A stretch of DNA of 64,000 nucleotides, taken from contig OY969100.1 of assembly GCA_963697895.1 (NCBI GenBank), positions 1,056,001 through 1,120,000 on the forward strand, read 5' to 3'. The position numbers and the translations under genes are program-made. Shown here in pieces: positions 1 through 9,953 of the stretch. The notes beneath the pieces were generated by a model. It saw only the letters and a program-made list of their open reading frames with translations. It made no database searches and was not told the origin of the DNA. Numbering within the stretch: the first letter of the stretch is position 1; each line of letters begins with the position of its first letter. Source of the DNA: an uncultured Methanomicrobiales archaeon (GTDB lineage: Archaea; Halobacteriota; Methanomicrobia; Methanomicrobiales; Methanospirillaceae).

Positions 1-92
1 TTACCTCTTTATTGAATCAGGATCTCAAACAGATTACAGACGGATATGCAGGGGATCGCCCGGTTTCCTCCTGCTGCTCAGACGCGGTTACT

Positions 93-968
93 ATGACAGA
101 CGATGCCCCCCGGGACTACCGGAGATCCCTGAAACTCGCGCTCGTGATTACGCTGGTCTTCGTAGTCGTGGAGATCGCCGGGGGGATCCTCTCCGGATCT
201 CTCGCGCTCCTGAGCGATGCAGGGCACATGTTCTCCGATCTTCTTGCGCTCGTCCTTTCTCTCGGTGCAATGACCCTTGCCCTCCAGCTTCCCACCAAAG
301 AACGGACATACGGCTACCACCGGGCGGAGATCTTCGCAGCCTTCATCAATTCACTGCTGTTGATCGGGGTAAGCGCCTGGATCCTCTGGGAGGCGTATCT
401 GCGGATACTCACCCCGGCCCCTGTGCAGGGCGGGCTGATGCTGATCATCGCGGTCGTCGGTCTCGCGGCAAACGTAAGCATCCTGTACCTCCTTCACGGG
501 AGCCGTAACCTGAACGTGCGGAGCGCCTTTCTGCATGTGCTCGGGGACACCGTCTCATCGGTGGCCGTGATAGCTGCCGCCTTGTGGATCACCATCACCG
601 GCCGGGTCATTGTTGACCCGGTCCTTTCCGGCATCATAGCGGTCCTGATCGTGATATCGGCAGCCAGGATACTCCGCGAGACCGTGGTGATTCTTCTCCA
701 GTTCACGCCACAATCCGTAGATTTCGATGCGGTCGTTGCCGACATTACCGCGGTGAAGGGGGTGGACGGCGTGCATCATGTCCATCTCTGGAGCCTGACT
801 TCCGAGATCAACGTGCTCGATGCACATGTATACACCTGCGAGCAGGATGTGCAGAGGATCGAAGTGATGAAACGGGAGATCAAGGAACGGTTGAATAAGT
901 ACGGGATACTGCATTCCACGCTCGAGTTCGAATGCGAAGAGTGCACAGAGTGCACGCTGGCGGGATAA
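93..968 (+). CDS. Cation diffusion facilitator (Zn/Co/Cd efflux, CzcD-like)
   Basis: SLALLSDAGHMFSD signature, TYGYHRAE, AFLHVLGD, VHHVHLW, six TM segments; start taken at ATG 93. Confidence 0.92.
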   Translation: MTDDAPRDYRRSLKLALVITLVFVVVEIAGGILSGSLALLSDAGHMFSDLLALVLSLGAMTLALQLPTKERTYGYHRAEIFAAFINSLLLIGVSAWILWEAYLRILTPAPVQGGLMLIIAVVGLAANVSILYLLHGSRNLNVRSAFLHVLGDTVSSVAVIAAALWITITGRVIVDPVLSGIIAVLIVISAARILRETVVILLQFTPQSVDFDAVVADITAVKGVDGVHHVHLWSLTSEINVLDAHVYTCEQDVQRIEVMKREIKERLNKYGILHSTLEFECEECTECTLAG

Positions 969-1298
969 CTGAGCAAGGGCGCCAGGAACCATCCGTGGAA
1001 ATCCCCGGATTGCCGGTCGGAGAAGGTATGGCAAGCCAAACGAGGCCGCCGGGCGAGAAATGTTTTGTCCGTGCATATCCTGTTCCCGTATCATGGGACA
1101 GTTCAGATTATTGATTGGACCTCCGGGTGTGGGGACTTTGATGTCGCGCCCCCGGGAGAACAAACCATCCGTCCGCATTCTCCCGGCATTCTCCGGCGGA
1201 ACAGGGGTGATCAGGCGAATCACCCTTTGTCGTACTCCGGCAATTTGAGAGAATCCGGGGAAATGTTTTTATTCTCTCAATCTCTAATCCGGTGAACT

Positions 1299-1703
1299 AT
1301 GGCAGAACAGGAAATTCCCACGGTTGCATTCATTCTCTCCCTGGTCGGAGGCCTTCTCATCCTCCTCTCCGGGATTGTCTTCCTCATGATCGGCGCCGCC
1401 TTCATGGGCAGCATGATGGGCGCATTAGTCCCCGGCTTCACGGGTCTGGTCTCCTCTGTAATCGCCGGCCTCGGGGTATGGGGTCTCATCTGCGGCGTGA
1501 TCATCCTGCTCGGGGCATACATGATCTATACCCGGCCGGATACCCACGGGATGTGGGGGATCATCATCCTCGTCTTCTCCCTGTTGAGTTTCATCGAGGG
1601 AGGCGGCTACATCATCGGGGCGATCCTCGGTATCGTCGGCGGGATCCTCGCGATCACGTGGAAACCCGAGAAGGTATCCGCAGAGGCGGAGAAACCCGCG
1701 TGA
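1299..1703 (+). CDS. Small 4-TM membrane protein (DUF6114/DUF4064-like)
   Basis: Hydrophobic 134-aa ORF with GGGYIIGAILGIVGGILA motif; T-tract follows at ~1719-1730. Confidence 0.75.
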   Translation: MAEQEIPTVAFILSLVGGLLILLSGIVFLMIGAAFMGSMMGALVPGFTGLVSSVIAGLGVWGLICGVIILLGAYMIYTRPDTHGMWGIIILVFSLLSFIEGGGYIIGAILGIVGGILAITWKPEKVSAEAEKPA

Positions 1704-2000
1704 GTAATTCATCGATAATTTTCTTTTTTTCCGGGATTTTGCAGGAACCCTGGTGTATACAGGGAATCAAAACGGTGGTGCTGTCGCGGTTATTTCTCCG
1801 GGGCAACGGGTAAGGGACAATCGATGATCCTCGTATGAGTCCGGGAGGAACTGATCCCGGGAGACGCTCGGTGTAGCACGGGAACAGGAGACACAACCCA
1901 GCCACCCGCATCGGGAACCGCTTTTACCAGCGTATCTCCGGGGTATCCCGACCCCCATGGACAACCGGCTGGCCATTCCCGGGGTCAGTTCCTCACGGGA

Positions 2001-2099
2001 TCCCGAAGAGGTCCGGCCCCGGCCCGCACTCAACGACGATCTGAGTATGGTTTCCCGAAGAGGTCCGACCCCGGCCCGCACTGAACGATCTGATTATGG
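2001..2099. repeat. Tandem duplication of a ~50-bp unit (2 copies)
   Basis: TCCCGAAGAGGTCCGRCCCCGGCCCGCACT...GATCTGAKTATGG at 2001 and 2053. Confidence 0.85.
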
Positions 2100-2102
2100 G
2101 TT

Positions 2103-2489
2103 TTATTTCTGGATGATCTGTATGAGATTGCCGCATGTGTCGTCCAGCACCGCCCTCGTTACGGGGCCCATAACCTGCGTCGGCTCCACGGGAAAGACGA
2201 CACCGAGTGCTTTCAGACGCTGGTATTCCGCCTGGACGTTCCCGACCCCGAATATCGTTGCAGGAATACCCTGCATAAAAATCGCATTCTGGTACGTCTT
2301 CGCGGCCGGGTTGTCGTTCGGTTCAAGCACGAGTTCGGTGCCGTCCGGCTGATCCGGGGAGACGACCGTCAGCCACCTGTACTTCCCCGCCGTAATATCC
2401 TGTTTTTTCACAAAGCCCAGCACTTTTGTATAGAACTGAAGGGCTTTGTCCTGATCGGTTACGAAGACGCTGGCGAGTATTATTTTCAT
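2103..2489 (-). CDS. VOC/glyoxalase family protein
   Basis: VFVTDQDKALQFYTKVLGF ... DDTCGNLIQI motifs. Confidence 0.9.
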   Translation of the reverse strand: MKIILASVFVTDQDKALQFYTKVLGFVKKQDITAGKYRWLTVVSPDQPDGTELVLEPNDNPAAKTYQNAIFMQGIPATIFGVGNVQAEYQRLKALGVVFPVEPTQVMGPVTRAVLDDTCGNLIQIIQK

Positions 2490-2571
2490 GGGATTTCACT
2501 TGGTTAATGAGGTAATAATTTTTTGTACGCACTATTGTCCCCATTGAAGAACTTCCGCTCTCCTTTTTTTC

Positions 2572-2663
2572 CATCAATCGGGGCGATTCCCGGGATCGTC
2601 GGCGGGATCCTCGCGATCACCGGGAAACCTGCGGGGGTACCGGAGGAGGAACAGAAAAGGTAA
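2572..2663 (+). pseudogene. Orphan diverged copy of the 3' end of the 1299..1703 gene
   Basis: Translates IGAIPGIVGGILAITGKPAGVPEEEQKR* versus IGAILGIVGGILAITWKPEKVSAEAEKPA*. Confidence 0.85.
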
Positions 2664-2706
2664 TCGATTGACAGATTGGGAAACCGAAAAAAAATAACGG
2701 GGGAGA

Positions 2707-3027
2707 TCACCGTGCGAGGGTCGATCCCCAGAGGGTGCGTTCGTACCGCTGTGCCTTCTCGGCTCCCCGGGTGCAGAAGTTCTTGTGCCGGAGCCCGACC
2801 TCCGGTACCACCGGGCAGTTCGGGCAATAGCACCCCTTATCTCTGTCGATGCACATGAAACTCTTCCCGTTCCAGCAGAAGAGGATCTCGTTTGCATTCT
2901 TTGCACAGGTCGTGTGCGTCGGGCAGGTCGGGCATATGCACATCGGCTTCAGGCCGTCGACCAGTTTTGTCTGTTGTTCGGGGGTCATCCCGGGAAAATC
3001 CTTGAGGATGTGTTCGAATTTGTCCAT
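2707..3027 (-). CDS. DUF2769-like Cys-rich protein, copy 1
   Basis: CICPTCPT...C...LFC...C...CYCPNCPV...FC; start MDKFE at 3027. Confidence 0.8.
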   Translation of the reverse strand: MDKFEHILKDFPGMTPEQQTKLVDGLKPMCICPTCPTHTTCAKNANEILFCWNGKSFMCIDRDKGCYCPNCPVVPEVGLRHKNFCTRGAEKAQRYERTLWGSTLAR

Positions 3028-3141
3028 GATGTACCTCAGGCGATGCAATAGCGTGAGCGACTATATAATAATTGCCCCTTGAAACCCCTGAAGTGAAACG
3101 ACCGCCGGGCGGGGAAACGGGGAAAAAAGAACCGGTGGAAT

Positions 3142-3462
3142 TCACCGGACGAGGGTCGATCCCCAGATGGTGTGTTCGTACCGCAGTGCCTTCTCGGCTC
3201 CCCGGGTGCAGAAGTGCTTGTACTTGAGTCCCGCTTCCTTTGTCACGGGGCAGGTGGGGCAATAGCAGTCCTTTTCCTTGTCGATGCACATGAAACTCTT
3301 CCCGTTCCAGCAGAAGAGGAGCTCGTTTGCCTTCTTTGCACACGTCGTATACGTGGGGCAGGTCGGGCATATACACTTCGCTTTTAGGCCGTCGACCGCA
3401 TTCTTCGCCTGGTCGGGGGCCATCTTCGATACGTCCTGGAGGAGTTGTTCAAATTTGTCCAT
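3142..3462 (-). CDS. DUF2769-like Cys-rich protein, copy 2 (tandem paralog)
   Basis: Same length and Cys pattern as 2707..3027. Confidence 0.8.
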   Translation of the reverse strand: MDKFEQLLQDVSKMAPDQAKNAVDGLKAKCICPTCPTYTTCAKKANELLFCWNGKSFMCIDKEKDCYCPTCPVTKEAGLKYKHFCTRGAEKALRYEHTIWGSTLVR

Positions 3463-3532
3463 AGTTATACCTCAGGCGTTGCAATAGTGTGAATGAGTAG
3501 ATATAGATTCCCCCCTGGTTGCCCGGGTCCCG

Positions 3533-4306
3533 TTACATAACTCCCGTTAGTTTCAGGACCAGCTGGACGGCAAAGACCCAGAGAATGATGCCGAAGCCTG
3601 CCTTGATGTACCGGGGTGGGATCCTCACCATGTACCTCGCCCCCAGGCTGGCGCCGATGAAGACGGCGATCGCGGTCGGGATGATCAGGGTAAAATCCAG
3701 GCTCCCGAACGTCGCATGACCGAGGACGCCAAAGAGGGAAGAGAAAATCACGATAAAGCTGACCGTTCCCGCCGAATTTTTCATCGGGTACCGGCAGATG
3801 AAGAGGAGGAACGGCACGATGATGATCCCTCCCCCGACCCCGAGCAACCCGGAGAGGATCCCCACCGCGAAGCTGAATACCACGATCCCGGCATACATGG
3901 ACCGAGAGAACTGTACCGGGCAGACCTCTGCACCGGATGACTTCTCCCAGTACGTATAGACCATCCGGGCCCCGGCCCCGACCAGGAAGATGACGAAGAG
4001 CCAGATCAGGACCGTCGGATCGACAAAATCGGTCAGGACTCCGCCGGCGTACGCACCGATACAGATACCGGGGATAAAGTAGACGGCGAGCCGGACATCC
4101 ACGAGGCTGGCCCGGTAATAGATGATCGCGGCCGATAACGCGGTGATAAGGTTCAGGACCAGCGAGGTGGATATCGAGACGAGGACGGCATACCCGAGGA
4201 GGAACAGGATCGGGGTGTACAGGGACCCTCCCCCCTGTCCGAACATGGAAAAGACGATGGAGACCAGGAAGACCGCGATGATCGCGATGATGAGGGTGGG
4301 GTCCAT
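3533..4306 (-). CDS. Sulfite exporter TauE/SafE family permease
   Basis: Duplicated GQGGG / GLLGVGGGIIIVP motifs, eight TM segments. Confidence 0.88.
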   Translation of the reverse strand: MDPTLIIAIIAVFLVSIVFSMFGQGGGSLYTPILFLLGYAVLVSISTSLVLNLITALSAAIIYYRASLVDVRLAVYFIPGICIGAYAGGVLTDFVDPTVLIWLFVIFLVGAGARMVYTYWEKSSGAEVCPVQFSRSMYAGIVVFSFAVGILSGLLGVGGGIIIVPFLLFICRYPMKNSAGTVSFIVIFSSLFGVLGHATFGSLDFTLIIPTAIAVFIGASLGARYMVRIPPRYIKAGFGIILWVFAVQLVLKLTGVM

Positions 4307-4318
4307 GTTCCCTGCCGG

Positions 4319-4951
4319 TTACTGGATCCCCTTGAGCACGTTCACCCACGACTGGGTGTAATCCGAGCAGGGGATGCAGACCGGCTTGCCGTCGGCCATC
4401 CGGACGTACCGCTCGAATACGTACTCCCCGCAGCTGCTGCACTTTGTCTTCGCAAACGACGACTTCGGGCGGCTGAACGCAAAGTCCGGCAGCTTCTCCA
4501 CGGTAAAGAGTCTTTCTTCGGGGGAGTCCATCACCATATCGACGACCTTCTGCGTCACGGTGGGAGGGATCTGAGAGGGTTCTATTCCCTTCTTGCGGTA
4601 CACGAAGAATTCTTCCTTCCCGAGCTCGTCCTGGAACTCCGATTTCAGGTAGACGCGGATCGCTCCCTTTCCCGGGACGAACAGGATGCAGGCGACCTTC
4701 CCGTAGTTGAGCCGCTCCATCATGAGCTTCCCGTAGGTGCACCCGGTCACGGCCATGAACCCGTCCATCATGCAGGTCTGCGGATGGCCGACCCCCATCT
4801 CCGAGAAGGCGAACGCCCCGTGGTCGCCGATATGCCCGGTCTTCAGCTCGCGCAGTGCAATGGCTCCCATCCGGTAGCCGATGGGCATGAACGGGCAGAG
4901 GTGCCCGTGGAATTCCCATACCCAGTCTGGTATTGTGATATCGGGTTTCAT
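4319..4951 (-). CDS. FmdE-family protein with C-terminal Zn finger
   Basis: FHGHLCP, TCMMDG...TGCTYGK, C-terminal CSSCGE...CIPC. Confidence 0.9.
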   Translation of the reverse strand: MKPDITIPDWVWEFHGHLCPFMPIGYRMGAIALRELKTGHIGDHGAFAFSEMGVGHPQTCMMDGFMAVTGCTYGKLMMERLNYGKVACILFVPGKGAIRVYLKSEFQDELGKEEFFVYRKKGIEPSQIPPTVTQKVVDMVMDSPEERLFTVEKLPDFAFSRPKSSFAKTKCSSCGEYVFERYVRMADGKPVCIPCSDYTQSWVNVLKGIQ

Positions 4952-5039
4952 GTGCTTCTCCTTTTAGTGGCAATGGAATGCCTCGCTGATATATCTGTCG
5001 TCATTCTCTGTTCCGGCCGGTTCTTACCCCTGTTTACCC

Positions 5040-5237
5040 GGTGCATGGTTACGCCCGTTCCTCGCTCCCGGAATTCTGCCGGATCACGGTGCATGGTTAC
5101 CCCCGTCCCTCGTTCCCGGAATTCTGCCGGATCACAGTGCATGGTTACCCCCGTCCCTCGTCCCCGGAATTCTGCCGGATCTCGGTGCATGGTTACCCCC
5201 GTCCCTCGTCCCCGGAATTCTGCCGGATCTCGGTGCA
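5040..5237. repeat. Intergenic tandem repeat, 4 x 48 bp
   Basis: Near-identical units (consensus GTGCATGGTTACCCCCGTCCCTCGTCCCCGGAATTCTGCCGGATCWCG) start at 5041, 5089, 5137 and 5185. Confidence 0.95.
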
Positions 5238-5363
5238 GGTTGACGCATTTTCCTTCGTGATCGTTTTCCGGCATACGACCGGACGGAAATTGTTGTCCGG
5301 GTATTGTTCCCCGGAATATCACTCCGCTTCTTCGCGATTCCCGATCCCGGCAGATCAGGCGGC

Positions 5364-6446
5364 TCATGCAGGGCACTCCGGGGTACATGCCTCTTCCCCG
5401 CCGGCTCCTCCGTACCACCGCTTCTTCAGGTACCATGCGACATTGACCAGGCTGATAAGCACCGGCACTTCGATGAGCGGGCCGATGACGGTCGCAAAGG
5501 CAACCTGGGAACCGATCCCGAAGACGGCGATGGCGACTGCAATCGCCAGCTCGAAGTTGTTCGATGCGGCAGTAAATGAGAGCGTCGCGGACCGCCCATA
5601 ATCGATCTTCAGCCTCCAGCAGAGCCAGAAGGCGACAAAGAACATGATCAGGAAGTAGAAGACGAGCGGTATCGCTACCCGCACCACATCGAGCGGGAGG
5701 GCGATGATGTACGCACCCTTGAGCGAGAACATCACGACGATGGTAAAGAGTAAGGCGATGAGGGTGAGCGGCGATATCTTCGGGATGAACGTCTGTTCGT
5801 ACCATTCCTTCGACTTCCACCGGATGAGCGTAAAGCGGGTGATCACTCCCGCAAGGAACGGTATCCCGAGATAGAAAAAGACGCTCACCGCGATATCGGC
5901 GATGGTGACCGGGACTGCTGCACCACCTGCGATGCCGAGCACGACTGGGAGGAAGGTGATGAAGAACCAGGCATAGATCGCATAAAACAACACCTGGAAG
6001 ATCGAATTCATCCCGACGATCGCCGCACAAAACTCGCAGTGCCCACCGGCAAGCTCGTTCCAGACGATGACCATCGCGATACACGGGGCGATCCCGACGA
6101 GGATCAGCCCGTACATGAGATCGGGCTGGTCGCGGAGGAAGACGACGGCAAGGGCAAACATGAGGACGGGTGCGATGATCCAGTTCAGGGTGATTGCGAG
6201 CCCGAAGATCTTCCGGTCCTTTAATACGTTCCCCAGTTCCTCGTACCGCACCTTTGCGAGCGGGGGATACATCATCAAAATAAGCCCGATAGCGATGGGG
6301 ATCGAGGTGGTCCCGATCGAGAGACCCGTGATGAAACCAGTCAGCGCAGGAGCAAAATACCCGAGCCCTACCCCGGCCGCCATGGCAAGGAAGATCCAGA
6401 GGGTGAGGTATCGGTCGAGGACGGATAATCGGGGGGTAACGGTCAT
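5364..6446 (-). CDS. acr3: Arsenite efflux transporter Acr3
   Basis: [50 protein letters not shown]. Confidence 0.95.
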   Translation of the reverse strand: MTVTPRLSVLDRYLTLWIFLAMAAGVGLGYFAPALTGFITGLSIGTTSIPIAIGLILMMYPPLAKVRYEELGNVLKDRKIFGLAITLNWIIAPVLMFALAVVFLRDQPDLMYGLILVGIAPCIAMVIVWNELAGGHCEFCAAIVGMNSIFQVLFYAIYAWFFITFLPVVLGIAGGAAVPVTIADIAVSVFFYLGIPFLAGVITRFTLIRWKSKEWYEQTFIPKISPLTLIALLFTIVVMFSLKGAYIIALPLDVVRVAIPLVFYFLIMFFVAFWLCWRLKIDYGRSATLSFTAASNNFELAIAVAIAVFGIGSQVAFATVIGPLIEVPVLISLVNVAWYLKKRWYGGAGGEEACTPECPA

Positions 6447-6793
6447 GTGGATCCGTTCCGGATTATATCCATCACTGCCGTTGCAACGATCCCGATCTCG
6501 GCAAACCGGACCTCTTCCATACCGTTCTTTGCGATCCCGAGATCGGTGACGATCAGCTCGGTGCCTTCGGCGAAACCCGCTGCACGGAGTTTCTTCGTTG
6601 CACAGCGATCCGTGCACCCGTTGAGGATGATCACCTTCCTCGCGTCCCCGGCGATATCCTTCAGATCTTCCGGGGATTTCTGTGCCGGGACCCACCTGAT
6701 GTGTCCCGGATCTTTCTGAAGGAGAAACTGGGCCGCCTGTGCGGTGAGTCTCCCGGTATTCGAGAGACCGGAACAGGTAACGAGGAGGGTCAT
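6443..6793 (-). CDS. DGC-domain putative zinc-binding protein
   Basis: CSGLSNTG and LNGCTDRCA motifs; ATGA overlap with acr3 start. Confidence 0.82.
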   Translation of the reverse strand: MTLLVTCSGLSNTGRLTAQAAQFLLQKDPGHIRWVPAQKSPEDLKDIAGDARKVIILNGCTDRCATKKLRAAGFAEGTELIVTDLGIAKNGMEEVRFAEIGIVATAVMDIIRNGST

Positions 6794-6931
6794 GGGATCC
6801 TCTCCGGGTCTTCCGAGGGAACGGTCCACCGGGGCGGATGAAGTCCGGTTGTCTCCATTCCTCCGGGGTGATGCGAAATCGCGACGAATCCTTTCCTCAG
6901 TCCTCTCATGCCCTCGTACCTTTCCCGCACC

Positions 6932-7004
6932 GTTTCAATTTTTATTGAAACTCTTTTGGTTTCAGAATGTACTTATAGTTACCCATTTCATATTATGTTG
7001 AAAC
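6932..7004. promoter_or_regulatory. Probable ArsR operators in divergent promoter
   Basis: Perfect palindrome GTTTCAAT-N4-ATTGAAAC at 6932-6951 and imperfect ATTTCATA-N4-GTTGAAAC at 6985-7004. Confidence 0.6.
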
Positions 7005-7386
7005 ATGCCGTCACGCCAGTCATCCCAGAAATTCTGCGAAATTTGCGGCGTACGGGACGACATCCCCGAAGAGGTCCTCGGGGAGCTTGCACAGATCGGC
7101 GGGCTCGAACGGGTTGTGCAGCCGGTTGCCCCCGAGGGAAAGCCTGGAATCCACGAGCCGGGTTCACCATGCCCTTTCGGATCCGGTGCGGCTGAAGATC
7201 CTCCACCTCCTTGCGGTCCAGCCGCTCTGCGTCTGCGTGATCAAGCAGTGCGTCCGGGTCGCCGATTCGAAACTCTCGTATCATCTGAACGTCCTGAAGG
7301 AATGCGGACTCATCGATGGACGCCCGGAGAAGAACTGGATCATATACCGGCTCACTGACACGGGAAAGGCATACCTGGAGCGGTGA
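7005..7386 (+). CDS. arsR: ArsR/SmtB regulator, split by one extra base near 7110
   Basis: ALSDPVRLKIL...LCVCVI...SKLSYHL in one frame; the N-terminus from ATG 7005 joins if one base (GAA C GGG) is removed. Confidence 0.85.
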
Positions 7387-7459
7387 ATTGAAAACGCCCG
7401 GCCGGTTGCACGGGAATCAGGGTTTGCGGAGGAGACCTCCGGTATTCCCTACCCCGGAA

Positions 7460-7828
7460 TCATGCCCCGTACAGGCGTTTGCTCACCCGTTCCCCGATCG
7501 CACGCTCCCTCTGTTTCAGGAGGGAGAGGTCCATCGTTCCCTCCCGGTACGACGAGAAGAGGAAGTAGACGAAGTCTGCCGTCAGGTCCATCACCTCCTT
7601 TTTGAACCGTACCTCGACGGTGGTGTCCCCGGCGAACCCCTTGATCGAGAACCAGTCGGTCTTCTCGAATTTATAGAACCCTTCGCCGACCTGGGGGAGC
7701 GACCCGACCTGCCCGAAGTTCGTGAGGTAGGAGAAAAATGCCGCCGTTACCGGGGCGTCGAGGAGGAACTCCTTCATGAAGGAGCCGTCCGCACAGACCT
7801 TATGGCGAACCGACCGGAGTATCCGCAT
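7460..7828 (-). CDS. Hypothetical protein coupled to the cysteine desulfurase gene
   Basis: 122-aa ORF overlapping the upstream stop, protein-like composition. Confidence 0.65.
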   Translation of the reverse strand: MRILRSVRHKVCADGSFMKEFLLDAPVTAAFFSYLTNFGQVGSLPQVGEGFYKFEKTDWFSIKGFAGDTTVEVRFKKEVMDLTADFVYFLFSSYREGTMDLSLLKQRERAIGERVSKRLYGA

Positions 7829-8969
7829 TTCCTGCAATCTCCCGTACCGCATCCGCCGCGATCCGGCACTCTTCATCGGTGGTGAACCAGGAGAGGCTGA
7901 GCCGCACGCAACCGGTCCCCCCGTCGATCGCCTCGTGAACCAGGGGAGCACAGTGGAGCCCTGTCCGGGCAACGATCCCGTAGGCCCGGGCGAGGATGAA
8001 CCCCACGTCGTCGTTCTCCCTGCCCCGGATGTTGAAGGACACGATGGGAAGCGAGGGACGGTCGTTGTAGATCGTCACGTCCGGTGTCTTCTGCAACTCC
8101 CGGATGAGAAAGGCCGTCTGGCGTTCTCCTTTTGCCGCGATGGTATCCAGGCCGGTGGAGAGGATATAGTTCACGCCGGCCGCGAGGGCCGCAAGGCCGG
8201 GGTAGTTCTGGGTCCCTGCCTCGAACCGCTCCGGCATCACGCGGGGGTGGAGGAGGGAGAAGGAGTCTGTCCCGGTTCCCCCGAACCGGACCGGGGCGAT
8301 CGCCTCCGGGTCCCGGACGAAAAACCCCCCGGTGCCGGGGATACCGAACAGGGCTTTGTGGCCGGTGAAGACGAAGGCATCGACGGGGAGTTCCCGGAGG
8401 TTGACAGGGACATGGCCGGCGGTCTGGGCACCGTCCACGATGAAATAGATCCCGCGGTCCTGCAGGATCTCTCCGATCCGGCGGATCTCCTGCACGGACC
8501 CGAGCACGTTGCTCCCGTGGGTCATGACCATGAGCCGGGTATCTGGTCTGATCGCCGCTTCGACGGCATCAGAGTTCACGAAACAGCCTTCGAACGGGAG
8601 GACGGTCAGCCGGATGCGGTGCTGCCGTTCAAACTCGTGGAGCGGCCGGAGCACCGAGTTGTGTTCGAGTGCGGTCGTGAGGACGTGGCATCCGGTTTCT
8701 TTTTCCGCGAGAAATCCCTGGATGAGGATGTTTAAGGAGTCGGTCGCGTTCTGGGTGAACACCACATGCTCCGCAGGTTCTGCACCAAGGAGACGGGAGA
8801 GGGCCTCGCGGGCAAGGGATACATGATCCTCGCCCTGGCTGCCGGAGGTCCGTCCTGAGCCGAAGAACGGGAGGGAGAGGGATTCATTGACGGCTGCCCG
8901 CACCTCCGGGGGTTTCGGCCAGCTCGTCGCCGCGTTATTCAGGTAGATGAGGGGGGGATTCTGAATCAT
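7800..8969 (-). CDS. Class V aminotransferase / cysteine desulfurase-like
   Basis: IYLNNAATSWPKP, EHNSV, DGAQTAG, TGHK (PLP lysine), RTGLHCA. Confidence 0.92.
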   Translation of the reverse strand: MIQNPPLIYLNNAATSWPKPPEVRAAVNESLSLPFFGSGRTSGSQGEDHVSLAREALSRLLGAEPAEHVVFTQNATDSLNILIQGFLAEKETGCHVLTTALEHNSVLRPLHEFERQHRIRLTVLPFEGCFVNSDAVEAAIRPDTRLMVMTHGSNVLGSVQEIRRIGEILQDRGIYFIVDGAQTAGHVPVNLRELPVDAFVFTGHKALFGIPGTGGFFVRDPEAIAPVRFGGTGTDSFSLLHPRVMPERFEAGTQNYPGLAALAAGVNYILSTGLDTIAAKGERQTAFLIRELQKTPDVTIYNDRPSLPIVSFNIRGRENDDVGFILARAYGIVARTGLHCAPLVHEAIDGGTGCVRLSLSWFTTDEECRIAADAVREIAGNADTPVGSP

Positions 8970-9197
8970 GGGACTCGTTTTTCAGGTGATCTGTTGACCA
9001 TGAGCAAAAAGGGATCGGTTCCTGGTAATCGATCCTGATAATGCTCCTGACCTTCGGGGCCATTGAAAAAGGATGGTAAGATCCCCGTGACGATCGATTC
9101 CGGCAGCCATTCCGTCGCGACTCAGGGTCTTCTCCCGATGCCGGTTGGTATCGGATCCCACTGCACGCACTGAATAAGAGGGGATCCTGATGAATAG

Positions 9198-9812
9198 TTA
9201 TTTGAGTAACGCCTCCAGCCGCTTGTTCACGACATCCCAGTTCACGATCTTCCAGAAGGCCTCTATATACCGGGGCCGCTCGTTCCGGTAGTCGAGGTAG
9301 TAAGCATGCTCCCAGACATCCAGGACCATCAGGATGCGCAGGTGAGGGATGACATTCACGTTATGCTTCTCGACCTGCGTGATCAGCAGCCTGCCGGTCT
9401 GGCCGCACCGGACGAGCACCGCCCATCCCGATCCCTCCGTGCTGGATGCCGCCGCTGAAAACTCCTTCCTGAAGCGCTCGAAGGACCCGAACTCGTTCTT
9501 CAGGGCTTCCGGGAGAACGCCATGGGTCGGCTCCTGTTCAGCCGTTACGGCGGGGGCCAAGTTCTGCCAGAAGAGCCAGTGCAGGATGTGGCCGCCGGCC
9601 TGGAAGGACAATTCCTTAAGCGTCGCCTTCATGTCGATCTCCGTTCCTGCCTGGCGGGCCTTGTCCAGCCGCTCGAACAGGGCGTTCGCGCCGTTCACGT
9701 AAGCGGCGTGGTGCTTGTCATGGTGCAGCCGGAGCTGGGCCTCGGATAGGTAAGGCTCCAGGGCATTGTATGCATAGGGGAGCTCCTCCAGTATGTAAAA
9801 TCTGTTGACCAT
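9198..9812 (-). CDS. sod: Fe/Mn superoxide dismutase
   Basis: [29 protein letters not shown]. Confidence 0.96.
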   Translation of the reverse strand: MVNRFYILEELPYAYNALEPYLSEAQLRLHHDKHHAAYVNGANALFERLDKARQAGTEIDMKATLKELSFQAGGHILHWLFWQNLAPAVTAEQEPTHGVLPEALKNEFGSFERFRKEFSAAASSTEGSGWAVLVRCGQTGRLLITQVEKHNVNVIPHLRILMVLDVWEHAYYLDYRNERPRYIEAFWKIVNWDVVNKRLEALLK

Positions 9813-9953
9813 CGGGAAAATCATCTCCTCGGATAACGAGTGCATTGTGTGCAAACTACTTATCTCTTCTTTGATTTCCGGGAGGCGGGACAACCGATCG
9901 CAAACCGGTCTGTTCTGTATCCGCAGGCCGGGAAGAGGTGAAGAATATTCGCG

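Noticed and set aside
3465-4973. 502-aa alternative-frame ORF and similar long shadow ORFs (e.g. 16828..18189, 49445..51067, 4948..6084)
   Set aside because: Arg/Pro/Gly-rich translations overlapping well-supported genes; expected from high GC3.
5040-5237. CRISPR array
   Set aside because: Whole 48-bp units are near-identical, with no unique spacers and no cas genes in the window.
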